64,000 nt of DNA from a candidate division WOR-3 bacterium. GTDB lineage: Bacteria > Hydrothermota > Tepidihabitantia > Tepidihabitantales > JBDRVQ01. Shown one piece after another: positions 49,481 to 59,225 of the stretch (positions are counted from its first letter, which is position 1; each line of letters opens with the position of its first letter). The stretch lies in assembly GCA_039801905.1 (NCBI GenBank), contig JBDRVQ010000001.1, positions 29,635-93,634 of the forward strand, read 5' to 3'. Below the pieces are notes generated by a model, which had not been told where the DNA came from, ran no database searches, and saw nothing but the letters and a program-made list of their open reading frames with translations. Position numbers and translations under genes: made by a program.

Positions 49481-50316
49481 ATTAAATCCTTCATATGCAA
49501 AACGTCCCAATAAGTAAAGACCGGACCATCCAGACAGGTATAGATTGAGCCAATAACGCAGTGGCCACACTTTCCAATTCCGCACTTCATCCTTCTCTCT
49601 AAGGTCATCAAGATCTGGTGCTTCGGTATTTTTAAGGCGACCAATTTATCAATCACATAGCGATACATCACCGGTGGTCCGCAGACCGCAGCGTAACTCT
49701 TTTCCGGATTGATTTCTTTGATAAACTTAAAGAGTTCGGTAACCACCCCAATCTTTTCCGTCCAAGTTCCGGTATCATCTTTATCAACCGCCAGTAGACA
49801 TTCCAAGTCTTCTCGCTCTTTCAACTCTAAAAACTCCCTTAAAAAGAGCATCTCTTTTGGCCGGCGGGCACCATAAAGGAAATAGATCTTGCCGAAGAGG
49901 TCACGATTATCAAGGGCGTAAAGGAGGAGGGAGCGTAAAGGAACCGCCCCTAAGCCACCAACGACAATGATTAAGTCATGTCCGATCATCTTCTCTACGG
50001 GAAAACCGTTGCCATAAGGTCCCCGAACTCCAATCACTTCGTTCTCTTTCAATTTGAACAACTCGGTCGTTAAAACCCCAATCTTTCTAATACCGAACTC
50101 TAAAAGTCCGGGACGAGAGGGGGAGGAAGAGATAGAGAAAGGAGCCTCCCCTGCTCCGAAGACCGAGACCATCATAAACTGTCCGGGTTTATAGCGTAAG
50201 GTTAAAGCCTTCTCCATCTCTACCGGGCGCACTTGGAAGAATCGGACATCTTCGGTTAAGTTATAGCGCCGGACAATGCGCATCGGAATGGGACAATAGA
50301 GATTATTGCTATTCAT
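49477..50316 (-). CDS. hydG: hydrogenase gamma subunit (FAD/NAD(P)-binding, [2Fe-2S]; DHOD electron-transfer-subunit-like)
   Basis: C-terminal CGIGKCGHCVIG 2Fe-2S motif and FNR-like fold motifs. Confidence 0.75.
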   Translation of the reverse strand: MNSNNLYCPIPMRIVRRYNLTEDVRFFQVRPVEMEKALTLRYKPGQFMMVSVFGAGEAPFSISSSPSRPGLLEFGIRKIGVLTTELFKLKENEVIGVRGPYGNGFPVEKMIGHDLIIVVGGLGAVPLRSLLLYALDNRDLFGKIYFLYGARRPKEMLFLREFLELKEREDLECLLAVDKDDTGTWTEKIGVVTELFKFIKEINPEKSYAAVCGPPVMYRYVIDKLVALKIPKHQILMTLERRMKCGIGKCGHCVIGSIYTCLDGPVFTYWDVLHMKDLI

Positions 50317-51344
50317 TTAAGCAAAACTCCTTCACCTTTCAATTTTTTTGCCACTTCTAAGACATTAATATTTACCGGACAGGTGTCAATACACCGGCCG
50401 CAGCCGACGCAGGCGGGGCGGCCAAATTCGGTGATGAAGGCTTTCAATTTATGGGTATACCACAATTTCACCCGCGAGGAGCGTCTCTCCCGAAAATTAT
50501 GCCCGCCCGCCACTAAGGCGAAGTCTTTAAGCATACAGGAATCCCAATGTCTTTCCCGAAACCCGGCTTTTTCCCCAATGGGAAGATGGTCTTGGACATT
50601 AAAACAAGGGCAGGTGGGACAGACCATAGAACAAGCACCACAGGAAAGGCATTTCTCGCCCAACTCCTCCCAGATTGGGGCATCGTAACTTAACTCCATA
50701 ATGTCGGGCATGGCGGTTAAATCCAAATGAAGTTGGTATTGGTTGTCGCGCCATTTCCGCCATTCAATATACTGGGTTAAATCCTTCTGGGTGATATTCT
50801 CATCAAAAAGTTCTAAACGGCTCCTTACCAAATCGTCCCCAACCGAAGAGCCAACCCAAACTAAGTAATGGTCATCTAACTCATTAAAGCCCAAATCAAA
50901 ACCCTCTTCAATGAAATGGGTATTGGTGGAACGGGCAAAACATTTATCATCCGGCACGCAGGAAAGGCCAATAATTATTGTTCTCTCCCGGGCTTTTCGG
51001 TAATAAGGGTCAGGAAGTCTTTCCTTAAATAAGCGGTCTAAAATTAAGATACTATGGATTTCACAAGGGTGAAGGCCAAAAATGATGCGCATCGGAATTT
51101 CTTCGGGAACCTCTTGGTATTGATTTATCGGATCAAATTTAAGAATCGGAAATTTAGGGGGTAAGAGAAATTTCTTTACCGGCAGAATGGTTCTTAAAGC
51201 GGTAAGTTCTAATCGGGAAAAATCGGTTAACTTTTCGTAGATAAACTTATCACCCTTTCTTACCGGACCGTAGACCTCCCCAAACTTTTGAATTCCTTTT
51301 AAGAAGTCAAATAAGTTCTCTTTCTTTAACTTTAAGGCTTTCAT
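50313..51344 (-). CDS. hydB: hydrogenase beta subunit (polyferredoxin/4Fe-4S)
   Basis: CLSCGACSMVCPTCPCF and CVGCGRCIDTCP clusters. N-terminus MKALKLKKENLFDFL matches the sulfhydrogenase beta start (ORF extends to 51404). Confidence 0.75.
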   Translation of the reverse strand: MKALKLKKENLFDFLKGIQKFGEVYGPVRKGDKFIYEKLTDFSRLELTALRTILPVKKFLLPPKFPILKFDPINQYQEVPEEIPMRIIFGLHPCEIHSILILDRLFKERLPDPYYRKARERTIIIGLSCVPDDKCFARSTNTHFIEEGFDLGFNELDDHYLVWVGSSVGDDLVRSRLELFDENITQKDLTQYIEWRKWRDNQYQLHLDLTAMPDIMELSYDAPIWEELGEKCLSCGACSMVCPTCPCFNVQDHLPIGEKAGFRERHWDSCMLKDFALVAGGHNFRERRSSRVKLWYTHKLKAFITEFGRPACVGCGRCIDTCPVNINVLEVAKKLKGEGVLLK

Positions 51345-51438
51345 AAAGGATAAGTATAACAAATTAAAGGAAAGAGTCAAGAAAAATTTGCAACCGTTAA
51401 CCATCCTCCGGTTTCCTTTTTCCCAAGGAGTTTAAATC

Positions 51439-52185
51439 TTAAAAGAGTTTCACCCGAACAACCGGTTCCTTTTGAAATTTTCCCAAAACGGAATCAAGGC
51501 GGTCTAAGGTTTTATTAACTCTCTGGTAGAAAATGGTATCCGAGAGAAATTTCTCAATGTTACCCCCCTTAAAAATTGCTACTAAATCCTTCAAGTTGGA
51601 ATTTAACTCCTTTAACTCATTACTCGCCTCACTAATCTTCGGACCGGCGGTGCTCATTATCTTTTCCAAACGGTTAGATAAGTTTTCAACGAGTTCTCTA
51701 CTCCCCTCTATCAGTTCCTTACCGCTTTGGGCAAAATCCCGAAAGGCAGAAAGCATCTCTTTAATCTGGCGGAGATCAATCTCTTCCAAGATTTCCGTAA
51801 TATCGTCCCTTCTCACCCCTTTTAAGACATCTCCCTTTTTCACCATCTTCGGAGAGATCCCAGGAACTAAAGAGAGAATCTTTCCCTCAAAAAGGCCTCG
51901 GGACTTCGCCTCAACCTGGGAATCTTCTGGCAATGGGATATTCTTCTTGAGGACAAATTCTACCAATACCCCATCGGAAGTAATCTTCACCCTTCTCACC
52001 TCTCCAACCTTTACTCCTCGGAGGTAGACATAGACCCCGGGTTCTATGCCGTAGGCGTCAGAAAATTTTGCGCCCATCACAAATTCTCGGCGGAAAGGGT
52101 CCTTCCCTTTAATCCAGAGAATCCCACCAATGAATAAGATGAGGGCGATGAGAAAGAAGAGGCCGATAAGGAAATCTCTTTTCAT
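51439..52185 (-). CDS. mlaD: MCE-domain protein MlaD (outer-membrane lipid asymmetry system)
   Basis: N-terminal TM followed by an MCE domain; follows mlaE-mlaF. Confidence 0.75.
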   Translation of the reverse strand: MKRDFLIGLFFLIALILFIGGILWIKGKDPFRREFVMGAKFSDAYGIEPGVYVYLRGVKVGEVRRVKITSDGVLVEFVLKKNIPLPEDSQVEAKSRGLFEGKILSLVPGISPKMVKKGDVLKGVRRDDITEILEEIDLRQIKEMLSAFRDFAQSGKELIEGSRELVENLSNRLEKIMSTAGPKISEASNELKELNSNLKDLVAIFKGGNIEKFLSDTIFYQRVNKTLDRLDSVLGKFQKEPVVRVKLF

Positions 52186-52835
52186 CCTCTCATCTCCCAA
52201 AGTTTCCCTTCTTTTAGAAGGAGATACCTTCCCTTCAATTCCCCGACCATTCTCGGGTCATGGGTCACAACAACCATCGTTATCCCCATATTTTGCATCT
52301 CGCCAATCAGGTGAATGATGATTTTCGTATTATCCCCATCCAGATTGGCGGTCGGCTCGTCCAGGAGGAGATATTTCGGGTCTCGGACTATCTCCCGAGC
52401 AATCGCCACCCTCTTCTTCATCCCACCGCTCAGTTCACTCGGGAAGAGCCTCTCTTTTCCCAAAAGGCCAACAAAGGCGAGCGCCCTCTCAATCTTCTCT
52501 CGGCTATTCGCCCTTCTCTCCATTCTCAAAAAGAGGGCAAGGTTCTCATAGACATTCCAAGAATCAAAGAGGGCATCCGATTGGAAGACAAAGCCAATGC
52601 GCCTTCTAATTTTTAATAACTCCCTTTCCGGCAATTTATTAATCTCAATTCCGTCAACAATCACCTGACCCCGGTCGGGGAGTAAAAGACCGTTAATCAT
52701 CTTCAAAAGGACAGTCTTCCCACAACCGCTCTCACCGGTAACGATCACTGTCTCCCCATCTCCGACCTGCAGATTGAGGTCAGCAAGGACGAGAAGGCGA
52801 TTGAAACTCTTATAGAGATTTCTGATTTCAATCAT
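52182..52835 (-). CDS. mlaF: ABC transporter ATP-binding protein MlaF
   Basis: Walker A GESGCGKT, signature LSGGMKKRV, Walker B LLLDEPT. Start MIEIRNLYKSF overlaps the mlaE stop as ATGA (ORF extends to 52910). Confidence 0.8.
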   Translation of the reverse strand: MIEIRNLYKSFNRLLVLADLNLQVGDGETVIVTGESGCGKTVLLKMINGLLLPDRGQVIVDGIEINKLPERELLKIRRRIGFVFQSDALFDSWNVYENLALFLRMERRANSREKIERALAFVGLLGKERLFPSELSGGMKKRVAIAREIVRDPKYLLLDEPTANLDGDNTKIIIHLIGEMQNMGITMVVVTHDPRMVGELKGRYLLLKEGKLWEMRG

Positions 52836-53563
52836 AAAATTAAGATATTTACTAAGTAATTTGCGAAGAGGATAAATAAAGAACCGGTCACCACCGAGAC
52901 CATCGTCCAATAACCAACACCACCTGCCCCTTCTTTGGGAACGAGACCAAAGAAAGAACCAAAAAAACTGGCGATAAAACCAAAAATTAAAGCCTTTACG
53001 ATCCCAACGGAGATCTCCTTCCCTTCAAAGAAGAGCCTTATCCCCCTCAGAAATTCAAAACCCGAGATTCTTGGGCTGGCTAAAAGGTAGGCGGAGAGGA
53101 GGGCAACCCAATAGCCAATCACTAAGAGTAAAGGAGAAGCGAGGAGGCTCGCTAAGACCCGAGGAAGAACTAAAAAACCAGAAGGGGAGATACCCAAAGC
53201 CCTTAACGCCTCAATCTGTTCCGAGACCTTCATACTACCCAATTCCGAAGCCACCCCAGCACCAATTCGGCCCACAAGGAGAAGGCCTAAAAGCACCGGC
53301 TCAATCTCTAAAATTATCCCCTTGAAGATGCCGCTGCCAATCAGATAAGGAGGGGTGCCGGGTAAGGCGATATAGAGGGCGGAGGCGGCGGTGGAAAAAC
53401 CAACAAAGATTGAGACAATCAAAATTAAGGGTAAAGAGCCGAGGGAGAATTCAAAAAAGGCATCCTTTATCTCCCGGTGGTAGAGGAAGATATTTTTTAC
53501 TACTAAAACCATCTCGCCAAAAAAGGAGAGGAGTCTCCCGAGGGAGGTGAGTATTCCTCTCAT
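52832..53563 (-). CDS. mlaE: ABC transporter permease MlaE
   Basis: Polytopic permease of the MlaE/YrbE type. Confidence 0.75.
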   Translation of the reverse strand: MRGILTSLGRLLSFFGEMVLVVKNIFLYHREIKDAFFEFSLGSLPLILIVSIFVGFSTAASALYIALPGTPPYLIGSGIFKGIILEIEPVLLGLLLVGRIGAGVASELGSMKVSEQIEALRALGISPSGFLVLPRVLASLLASPLLLVIGYWVALLSAYLLASPRISGFEFLRGIRLFFEGKEISVGIVKALIFGFIASFFGSFFGLVPKEGAGGVGYWTMVSVVTGSLFILFANYLVNILIL

Positions 53564-53568
53564 CTCTT

Positions 53569-54660
53569 CTAACTAACCCCCAAGACCTTCTTCAAGGCGG
53601 CGATGAACAATTCATTCTCTTCTGGTTTCCCAACCGTTACCCTAAGGGCATTGGGGAAGTTATATTCCTTTAAGGTCCGGGTGATTATTCCTTCCGCCAA
53701 AAGTTTCTGGTAAATTTCCGAAGAATCCTGAGTAAAATTGATGAAGACGAAGTTGCCATAAGAAGGGAGATAGAAGAGTTTCAATTTTTCCAATTCCCGG
53801 TATAAGAAGCGCTTCCCCATTTCGTTAATCCGGATTGACTTCCGCACATGCCTTTTATCATCAAGGGCATGAATACAGGCGTATTGGGCTAAGCGGTTAA
53901 TATGGAAGGGGTAGCGAACCTTATTTATCGCCTCCACTACATCCGGGTTGGCAAATCCGTAACCGACCCTCAATCCCGCCAGCCCGTATATCTTAGAAAA
54001 TGTGCGCAGGATTAAGATATTTTTCCCCTGTTTTAAGTACTTGAAGGTATCTAAATATCCCTTCTGGGTGATATACTCCCGATAAGCCTCATCAACAATC
54101 ACCAAGATATTATCCGGCAGATGTTCCATAAAATAGGCGAAGATCTCCTTTTTGATTATGGTCCCTAAGGGGTTGATTGGGGTATCAAGATAAATAATCT
54201 TAGTTTTCGGGGTGATGTGGTCTAAGATACTTAAAAGGTCATGGGAATAGTCCTTGGGTGGAATCTCCACCACCTGGGCGCCCGCCACTAAGCCGCTAAT
54301 CTTCCCGATGATAAAAGAACCCTGGGTGACAATTATCTCCGATTCCCGGTCCAGATAGGCGAGGGCAGCAAGATAGATGAGTTCTACGGAACCGTTGCCC
54401 ACCACAATCCGGTCCATCCCTATCTTATAAATCTCAGAGATTTTCGCTTTTAGGTAGTAGTTGATATCATCGGGGTAAAGGAAAGATTCTTTTAAGACTT
54501 GGCGTAAAGCCTTTAGGGCTTTGGGTGAAGGACCAAGGGGATTTTCGTTTGAAGCCAATTTCACTACCTTCTTCAACTTCATCTCCCGCACCACCTCTTC
54601 AATCGGTTTTCCGGGACGGTAGGGAGTGATTCTGAATAAATCTTTTCTTGGTTCAAGCAT
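53569..54660 (-). CDS. hisC: histidinol-phosphate aminotransferase
   Basis: KLASNENPLGPSP N-terminal motif and PLP-lysine region FSKIYGLAGLRVGY. Confidence 0.85.
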   Translation of the reverse strand: MLEPRKDLFRITPYRPGKPIEEVVREMKLKKVVKLASNENPLGPSPKALKALRQVLKESFLYPDDINYYLKAKISEIYKIGMDRIVVGNGSVELIYLAALAYLDRESEIIVTQGSFIIGKISGLVAGAQVVEIPPKDYSHDLLSILDHITPKTKIIYLDTPINPLGTIIKKEIFAYFMEHLPDNILVIVDEAYREYITQKGYLDTFKYLKQGKNILILRTFSKIYGLAGLRVGYGFANPDVVEAINKVRYPFHINRLAQYACIHALDDKRHVRKSIRINEMGKRFLYRELEKLKLFYLPSYGNFVFINFTQDSSEIYQKLLAEGIITRTLKEYNFPNALRVTVGKPEENELFIAALKKVLGVS

Positions 54661-55606
54661 CTTCTCCTCCTCTTTTCATAGTAATGAATATTAGACCACC
54701 AATTAAACTGTGGAGGTAATTGGCAACTAAGAAGAGGAGGCTTACCCCCATCGCCTCCTCCTTACTTAAACCAACTCTTTGGAAGAGATAGACAAAACTT
54801 CCCTCCCTTATCCCTAAGCCCCCAAAGGTTATGGGAACCATCGTGATGATATTAATCAGGGGGATGTAAAGGAAATAGTATAAGGGGGAGAGGGGTTTAC
54901 CGATTGCCAGACCGGAAAAATACCAGACTAAGGAGAGGAGAAGTTGGACGAGGAGGGAGAAGAGAAAAGAGAGAAAAAGGGGTAAGGGATGGGCAGAGAA
55001 ACCTTGCAATTTTGCGGCAAAGGAATCAATCTTCTCTCCCAAGCCTAAGAATTTTAACCTCTGCCAAAGCCTTTGGCAGAAAAGATAAACCCTCTCCGAG
55101 ATGAGGGCAGCGGTGAGGGCAAAGAGTGTGAAAAAACCTAACAGGTTTATGGTTAGATACTCCTTTCCTATTGGTTGGCGAAGAAGAGAGAAGAGGAGGG
55201 TAGCAAGCAAGGCAAAGGCAAAGAGCCCAACAAAACCGATCACCCGGTCAAAGAAGGTTACCGCCAGAGCCAAGCCGAGCCCTTTCTCCTTCTTTCTCGT
55301 ATAGGCGACCCGCATCACATCGCCCCCAATCGCGGTGGGCAGGAGGTTATTGAAGAAGAGGGAGACAAAATAGACCTTCAAGAGATAACCGTTAGAAAAG
55401 AAGAGTTCTTTGGCATCCAAAAGAATTTTCCAGCGCATAACGGAGATTAAAACAAAAAGGAAAAAGGAGAAGAGGGCAAGAGAGAGCCAGAAGGGGTCAG
55501 TCCGAACAAGGATCGCCAAAGCCGATTTGAAGTTCATCTTCCGCAAGAGGAGATAGATGATGAAGGAAGCGATTAGAATCCGAATGAAGGGCCAGAATCT
55601 CTTCAT
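54653..55606 (-). CDS. integral membrane protein, lysylphosphatidylglycerol-synthase-TM-region-like (UPF0104) flippase-like
   Basis: About eight TM helices, no catalytic motif. Commonly paired with GT2 enzymes. Confidence 0.5.
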   Translation of the reverse strand: MKRFWPFIRILIASFIIYLLLRKMNFKSALAILVRTDPFWLSLALFSFFLFVLISVMRWKILLDAKELFFSNGYLLKVYFVSLFFNNLLPTAIGGDVMRVAYTRKKEKGLGLALAVTFFDRVIGFVGLFAFALLATLLFSLLRQPIGKEYLTINLLGFFTLFALTAALISERVYLFCQRLWQRLKFLGLGEKIDSFAAKLQGFSAHPLPLFLSFLFSLLVQLLLSLVWYFSGLAIGKPLSPLYYFLYIPLINIITMVPITFGGLGIREGSFVYLFQRVGLSKEEAMGVSLLFLVANYLHSLIGGLIFITMKRGGEDA

Positions 55607-56502
55607 CTCATTTTCTTTTCAATCGCCTCCAATCTCTCAATAATGGCGGAGAAGGACTCACCCAAAAGTCCTAAACCGAAAAGGAGGATTCCGGTTAAGA
55701 TTAAAAGAATTACCAAATATAAGAGGGGACGAAAACCGTGGCCCAAGATTCTTAAGATGATACTTAAAATCCCTAAGAGGAAACCAAGAAGGAAGGAGGC
55801 GGCTCCGACACTCCCAAAGTAGAGGAGGGGCTTTTTCATAAAGGATAGTTGAAAGGCGACCGCGATCAGGTCAAAAAAGCCAATGACGATCCGTTTCTTT
55901 GATTGATACTTCGGTTCACCCGCCCTTCGGGGATAGAGTTTTACCGGGATTTCGGTAATCTTCGCCCCCTCCGCCCAAACCAAAGGGACGAGATAGCGGT
56001 GCCAATCCTTACGCAGTTTTAATCGGGCGACAACCTCTTTCCGGAAGGCTTTAATGGCGTTGATATCGTGGACCGGTAAAGAGAAGATTTTTCTGGCTAA
56101 AAAGTTATAAATTAGGGAGACGAACTTCTTTTCGTATTTACCCACCTTCCAACCAACACACATATCATAGCCTTCCTCAATCTTGGCGACTAACTTTGGG
56201 ATGTCCGAGGCGGCAAACTGCAAATCCGCATCATAAATTATGATAATCTCCCCTTCACTCGCCTCAAGACCTGTCAATATGGCATCAGTCTTCCCTCGGT
56301 TTTGGGGATGACGGAGGATTCGGACCCGAGGATATTTCGCCGCCTCTTTTAATGCCAATTCCCAAGTACCATCGGTTGAACCATCATCCACCACAATTAT
56401 CTCGTAGGTCTCATCTAAATTGTTATGCAATTCTGCCAAAAGGGAAGGGATATTTAATACCTCATTATAAGCGGGACAGATTACCGTCTTTTCTATCGCC
56501 AT
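55603..56502 (-). CDS. glycosyltransferase family 2 (polyprenyl-phosphate sugar transferase-like) with C-terminal TM helices
   Basis: VVDDGSTDGT and DAD motifs. Confidence 0.8.
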   Translation of the reverse strand: MAIEKTVICPAYNEVLNIPSLLAELHNNLDETYEIIVVDDGSTDGTWELALKEAAKYPRVRILRHPQNRGKTDAILTGLEASEGEIIIIYDADLQFAASDIPKLVAKIEEGYDMCVGWKVGKYEKKFVSLIYNFLARKIFSLPVHDINAIKAFRKEVVARLKLRKDWHRYLVPLVWAEGAKITEIPVKLYPRRAGEPKYQSKKRIVIGFFDLIAVAFQLSFMKKPLLYFGSVGAASFLLGFLLGILSIILRILGHGFRPLLYLVILLILTGILLFGLGLLGESFSAIIERLEAIEKKMR

Positions 56503-56587
56503 TTATCCAACGTATTGTAACCAATTTTTCCCTTTTGTCAACCTTGGTTTTATAATAAAAAGGACTCTTAAACCCTACTTTTCCCAA

Positions 56588-56703
56588 TCAAATAAGTTAT
56601 TAAAAATCAAAGACTTATAAAAAAGGGAAAGATTTGGTGTCCAATTTTTGGGGGTATTTCCGTATTTATTATAGAGGGGTATTGGGTTCTAATCCCAACC
56701 CCG
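56588..56703 (+). repeat. Modular element copy 3, leader part (far-upstream module, TATTTCCGTATTTATTATAGAGGG, GGGTTCTAATCCCAACCC hairpin) directly preceding the RBS of the embedded two-gene cassette
   Basis: Alignment to the copy 1 and copy 2 leaders. Confidence 0.75.
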
Positions 56704-56718
56704 AAAAGAGAGGTGCGT

Positions 56719-57087
56719 ATGAAAGATGCTTTAAGGCGAATAGAGAAGTATATATCTAAGTTAGAACCAGAGATTATAAGAAGAGATTTTGCCCAATTGA
56801 AAGAGAAGATGCTACAACAGATTACCACCTACTTTATAGAGATCTTTGAGGTTGAGACAAAGGCAAAGGCGATTTTAAGCGAATACGACCTACCGGTTAG
56901 TCTTATCCCCTTTTATCTATGCTATGCCCGGGAATTATATAGCCTTTCTAAGAGATATGCGGGATTTCCTCTCTTCCGGGAGATAAGGATTAGGGAGGGA
57001 AAATGGCGAAATAGAACTCTCCAACCGGAAATTTTAAGAAGGATAAGATTTGATATATTTGGCATAACCTTACCGGAGGAGATATGA
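56719..57087 (+). CDS. hypothetical small protein (about 122 aa) embedded in repeat element copy 3
   Basis: RBS aagagagg 6-7 nt upstream. ATGA overlap with the next ORF. No recognisable motif. Confidence 0.5.
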   Translation: MKDALRRIEKYISKLEPEIIRRDFAQLKEKMLQQITTYFIEIFEVETKAKAILSEYDLPVSLIPFYLCYARELYSLSKRYAGFPLFREIRIREGKWRNRTLQPEILRRIRFDIFGITLPEEI

Positions 57088-57419
57088 GGATTGAGATAAA
57101 GAAGAAGAAGTCACTGGAGAGATTGGCGAAGATGGCAAGGAGATATGCAGTTTATTATCCAGATGCTACAAGGAGTTACCTGAAAGGGATAGTTGACTAT
57201 GTCCTATTTGTGGAAGAGAAGGTGAAAGAGATTTTGGAGGAGCGGGGAATTTCGGTTATTTATCACTTTGCCTATTATGCCTTCGGTAGAAAGGTCTATA
57301 AACTCCTAAAAGAGAAGAAGGATTCCCAAATCCCTTCTTTAATTGAGGAGTGGGTGAAAGATAAATGTCTTTCCCGAGATGTTTTATCAGAGATTAAGGA
57401 GGCTTTATCGGAGAAGTAG
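57084..57419 (+). CDS. hypothetical small basic protein (111 aa) embedded in repeat element copy 3
   Basis: Translationally coupled to the previous ORF. Contains an R-x6-H stretch (RGISVIYH). Function unknown. Confidence 0.5.
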   Translation: MRIEIKKKKSLERLAKMARRYAVYYPDATRSYLKGIVDYVLFVEEKVKEILEERGISVIYHFAYYAFGRKVYKLLKEKKDSQIPSLIEEWVKDKCLSRDVLSEIKEALSEK

Positions 57420-57463
57420 GTCTTAAATAAGACTTAAGTTAAGTGATAAAAATTTTATGATGT

Positions 57464-57735
57464 AGGAGGGTTTTGTCTTTAGAAAAAGGGGTGTAGCATA
57501 CAGGGGATGGTATCGGGGTTCTAATGGAAAGTCTAAGTAACGGTCTAAACTTAGGTCTAATTGGAGTTCTAAATAAGGGTCTAAAAGAAGGTCTAAAAGT
57601 AGGGGTAATAAAAAGAGTAATTGGAAATCTAATTAAGAGTCTAATTGAAAATTTAATCCGAAGTCTAATTATAGTTTTAACCGAAAGCCCAATTGAAAGT
57701 CTAACCTCAAGTCTAAATATCGGCTCGGTGAAAAT
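57464..57735 (+). repeat. Modular element copy 3, core (57464-57518) plus about 17 x 12-nt T-A-A-T-phased units
   Basis: Alignment to the other copies; CTAAT/TTAAT recurs every 12 nt. Confidence 0.8.
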
Positions 57736-57755
57736 AGGGGAGGGCAATAACACTA

Positions 57756-57784
57756 TTGACAAGAATACTTTTTTTGTGTATATT
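57756..57784 (+). promoter_or_regulatory. sigma-70 promoter TTGACA -17- TATATT for hup
   Basis: Read from the sequence. About 125-nt leader with RBS aagggggtg before the ATG. Confidence 0.5.
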
Positions 57785-57914
57785 TTAGGAATGGAAGTGG
57801 CGATAGCGCCCCTCGGGGCAATACCTTGCCAAATCAATCTTTTCCCAACCATTTCTCTTTTAATAAGAAACTATCGTCCACCTTCCAAAAATCCTATTAA
57901 GGGGGTGATAAAAT

Positions 57915-58187
57915 ATGAAGAAAGCCGAACTTATTGAGAAAATCGCCAAGGATGCAGGCATCTCCAAGAAACAGGCGGGGCTCGCTCTCCAATCCTTTAT
58001 GGATGCGGTGAAGATGGTGATGAAGAAAGATGACGAACTGACCCTTCCCAAATTTGGCCGGTTCTATGTGAAGAAGACAAAAGCCCGAATTGGCCGGAAT
58101 CCAAAAACCGGAGAGGAGATAAAAATTCCAGCCAGGAAGAGACCGGCCTTCCGCGCGGGGAAGGAATTAAAACTCGCTGCTAAATAA
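57915..58187 (+). CDS. hup: DNA-binding protein HU
   Basis: MKKAELIEKIAK... with the arm GRNPKTGEEIKIPARKRPAFRAGKELK; 90 aa. Confidence 0.92.
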   Translation: MKKAELIEKIAKDAGISKKQAGLALQSFMDAVKMVMKKDDELTLPKFGRFYVKKTKARIGRNPKTGEEIKIPARKRPAFRAGKELKLAAK

Positions 58188-58207
58188 AAAAAGGGCGGGA
58201 AGGAGAA

Positions 58208-59224
58208 GTGGGCGTTCCCCAGAAAGCGCTTCCACCTCTTCTTCCTGCCCTCAATTCTTCCCCTCCCCATCTCAAAATCTTAGACCAAACAAAATTACCC
58301 CAGAAAGTTTCTTACCGCCGGATTAAAAATCACTACGAGTTGCTCAGAGCCATTAGGGGATTACAAATCAGAGGGGCACCGCTCATCGGCGTCGCCTCCG
58401 CCTATGGCGTTGCCTTAGAGGCGGTGAGAATAAAAAAGGACTTAAAGAGAAGGCTCCTTTCGGTGATTAATGATCTGCGAAAAGCCCGTCCTACCGCCTT
58501 CAATCCCTTCTTCATTTTAAAGAGGATGGAAGAGACTCTTAAATTAGAACTACCCGAAGAGGAATTACGCCTTCGCCTTTTGGAAGAGGCGGCAAAGATT
58601 GAAAAAGAAGAGAGAGAAAAGTGCGAAAAGATTGGCACCCACGGTGCCCAATTATTAAAAGATGGGACAAAGGTCCTAACTATCTGCAATACGGGTTTTT
58701 TAGCCACCCCCGGCATCGGCACCGCCCTGGGAATAATTTATAAGGCGAAGGAAGAAGGGAAGAGGATAAAGGTCTTTGTCTGCGAAACCCGACCCCTCCT
58801 CCAAGGGGCAAGGCTCACCACCTGGGAGTTGCAGAAAAGAGGGGTTGAAACCTTTTTAATCACCGACGGGATGGTGGGTAAGGTGATGGGGGATATTGAT
58901 ATTGTCCTCACCGGTGCCGACCGCATCGCCCGGAATTATGACTTTGCCAATAAGGTTGGCACCTTAACCCTGGCAATTTGTGCCTCCTATTATAAAAAGC
59001 CTTTTTACTGCGCGGCTCCCACCTCCACCATTGATCTCTCCTTGCAGGACGGGAGCGAAATTGCGATTGAGGAGAGAGGGGAGGAAGAGGTTCTAACTTG
59101 CTTAGGAAGACGCATCGCGCCGAAGGGGATTAAGGTGCTTAACCCTTCTTTTGATATTACCCCCCACCAGTTGTTGACCGGTCTCATCACCGAAGAGGGG
59201 ATAATTAAATTGGCAAGAAGGTAG
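58208..59224 (+). CDS. mtnA: eIF-2B alpha/beta/delta-family isomerase (S-methyl-5-thioribose-1-phosphate isomerase MtnA-like)
   Basis: ILDQTKLP N-terminal motif, RGAPLIGVASAYG, and C-terminal residues of the family. The true start may be a few codons downstream. Confidence 0.7.
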   Translation: MGVPQKALPPLLPALNSSPPHLKILDQTKLPQKVSYRRIKNHYELLRAIRGLQIRGAPLIGVASAYGVALEAVRIKKDLKRRLLSVINDLRKARPTAFNPFFILKRMEETLKLELPEEELRLRLLEEAAKIEKEEREKCEKIGTHGAQLLKDGTKVLTICNTGFLATPGIGTALGIIYKAKEEGKRIKVFVCETRPLLQGARLTTWELQKRGVETFLITDGMVGKVMGDIDIVLTGADRIARNYDFANKVGTLTLAICASYYKKPFYCAAPTSTIDLSLQDGSEIAIEERGEEEVLTCLGRRIAPKGIKVLNPSFDITPHQLLTGLITEEGIIKLARR

Positions 59225-59225
59225 T

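Noticed and set aside
57524-57937. 137-aa ORF continuing from the copy 3 array into the hup promoter and start
   Set aside because: The C-terminal half overlaps the hup promoter, leader and start codon in another frame. Only the array portion is discussed as a possible peptide.
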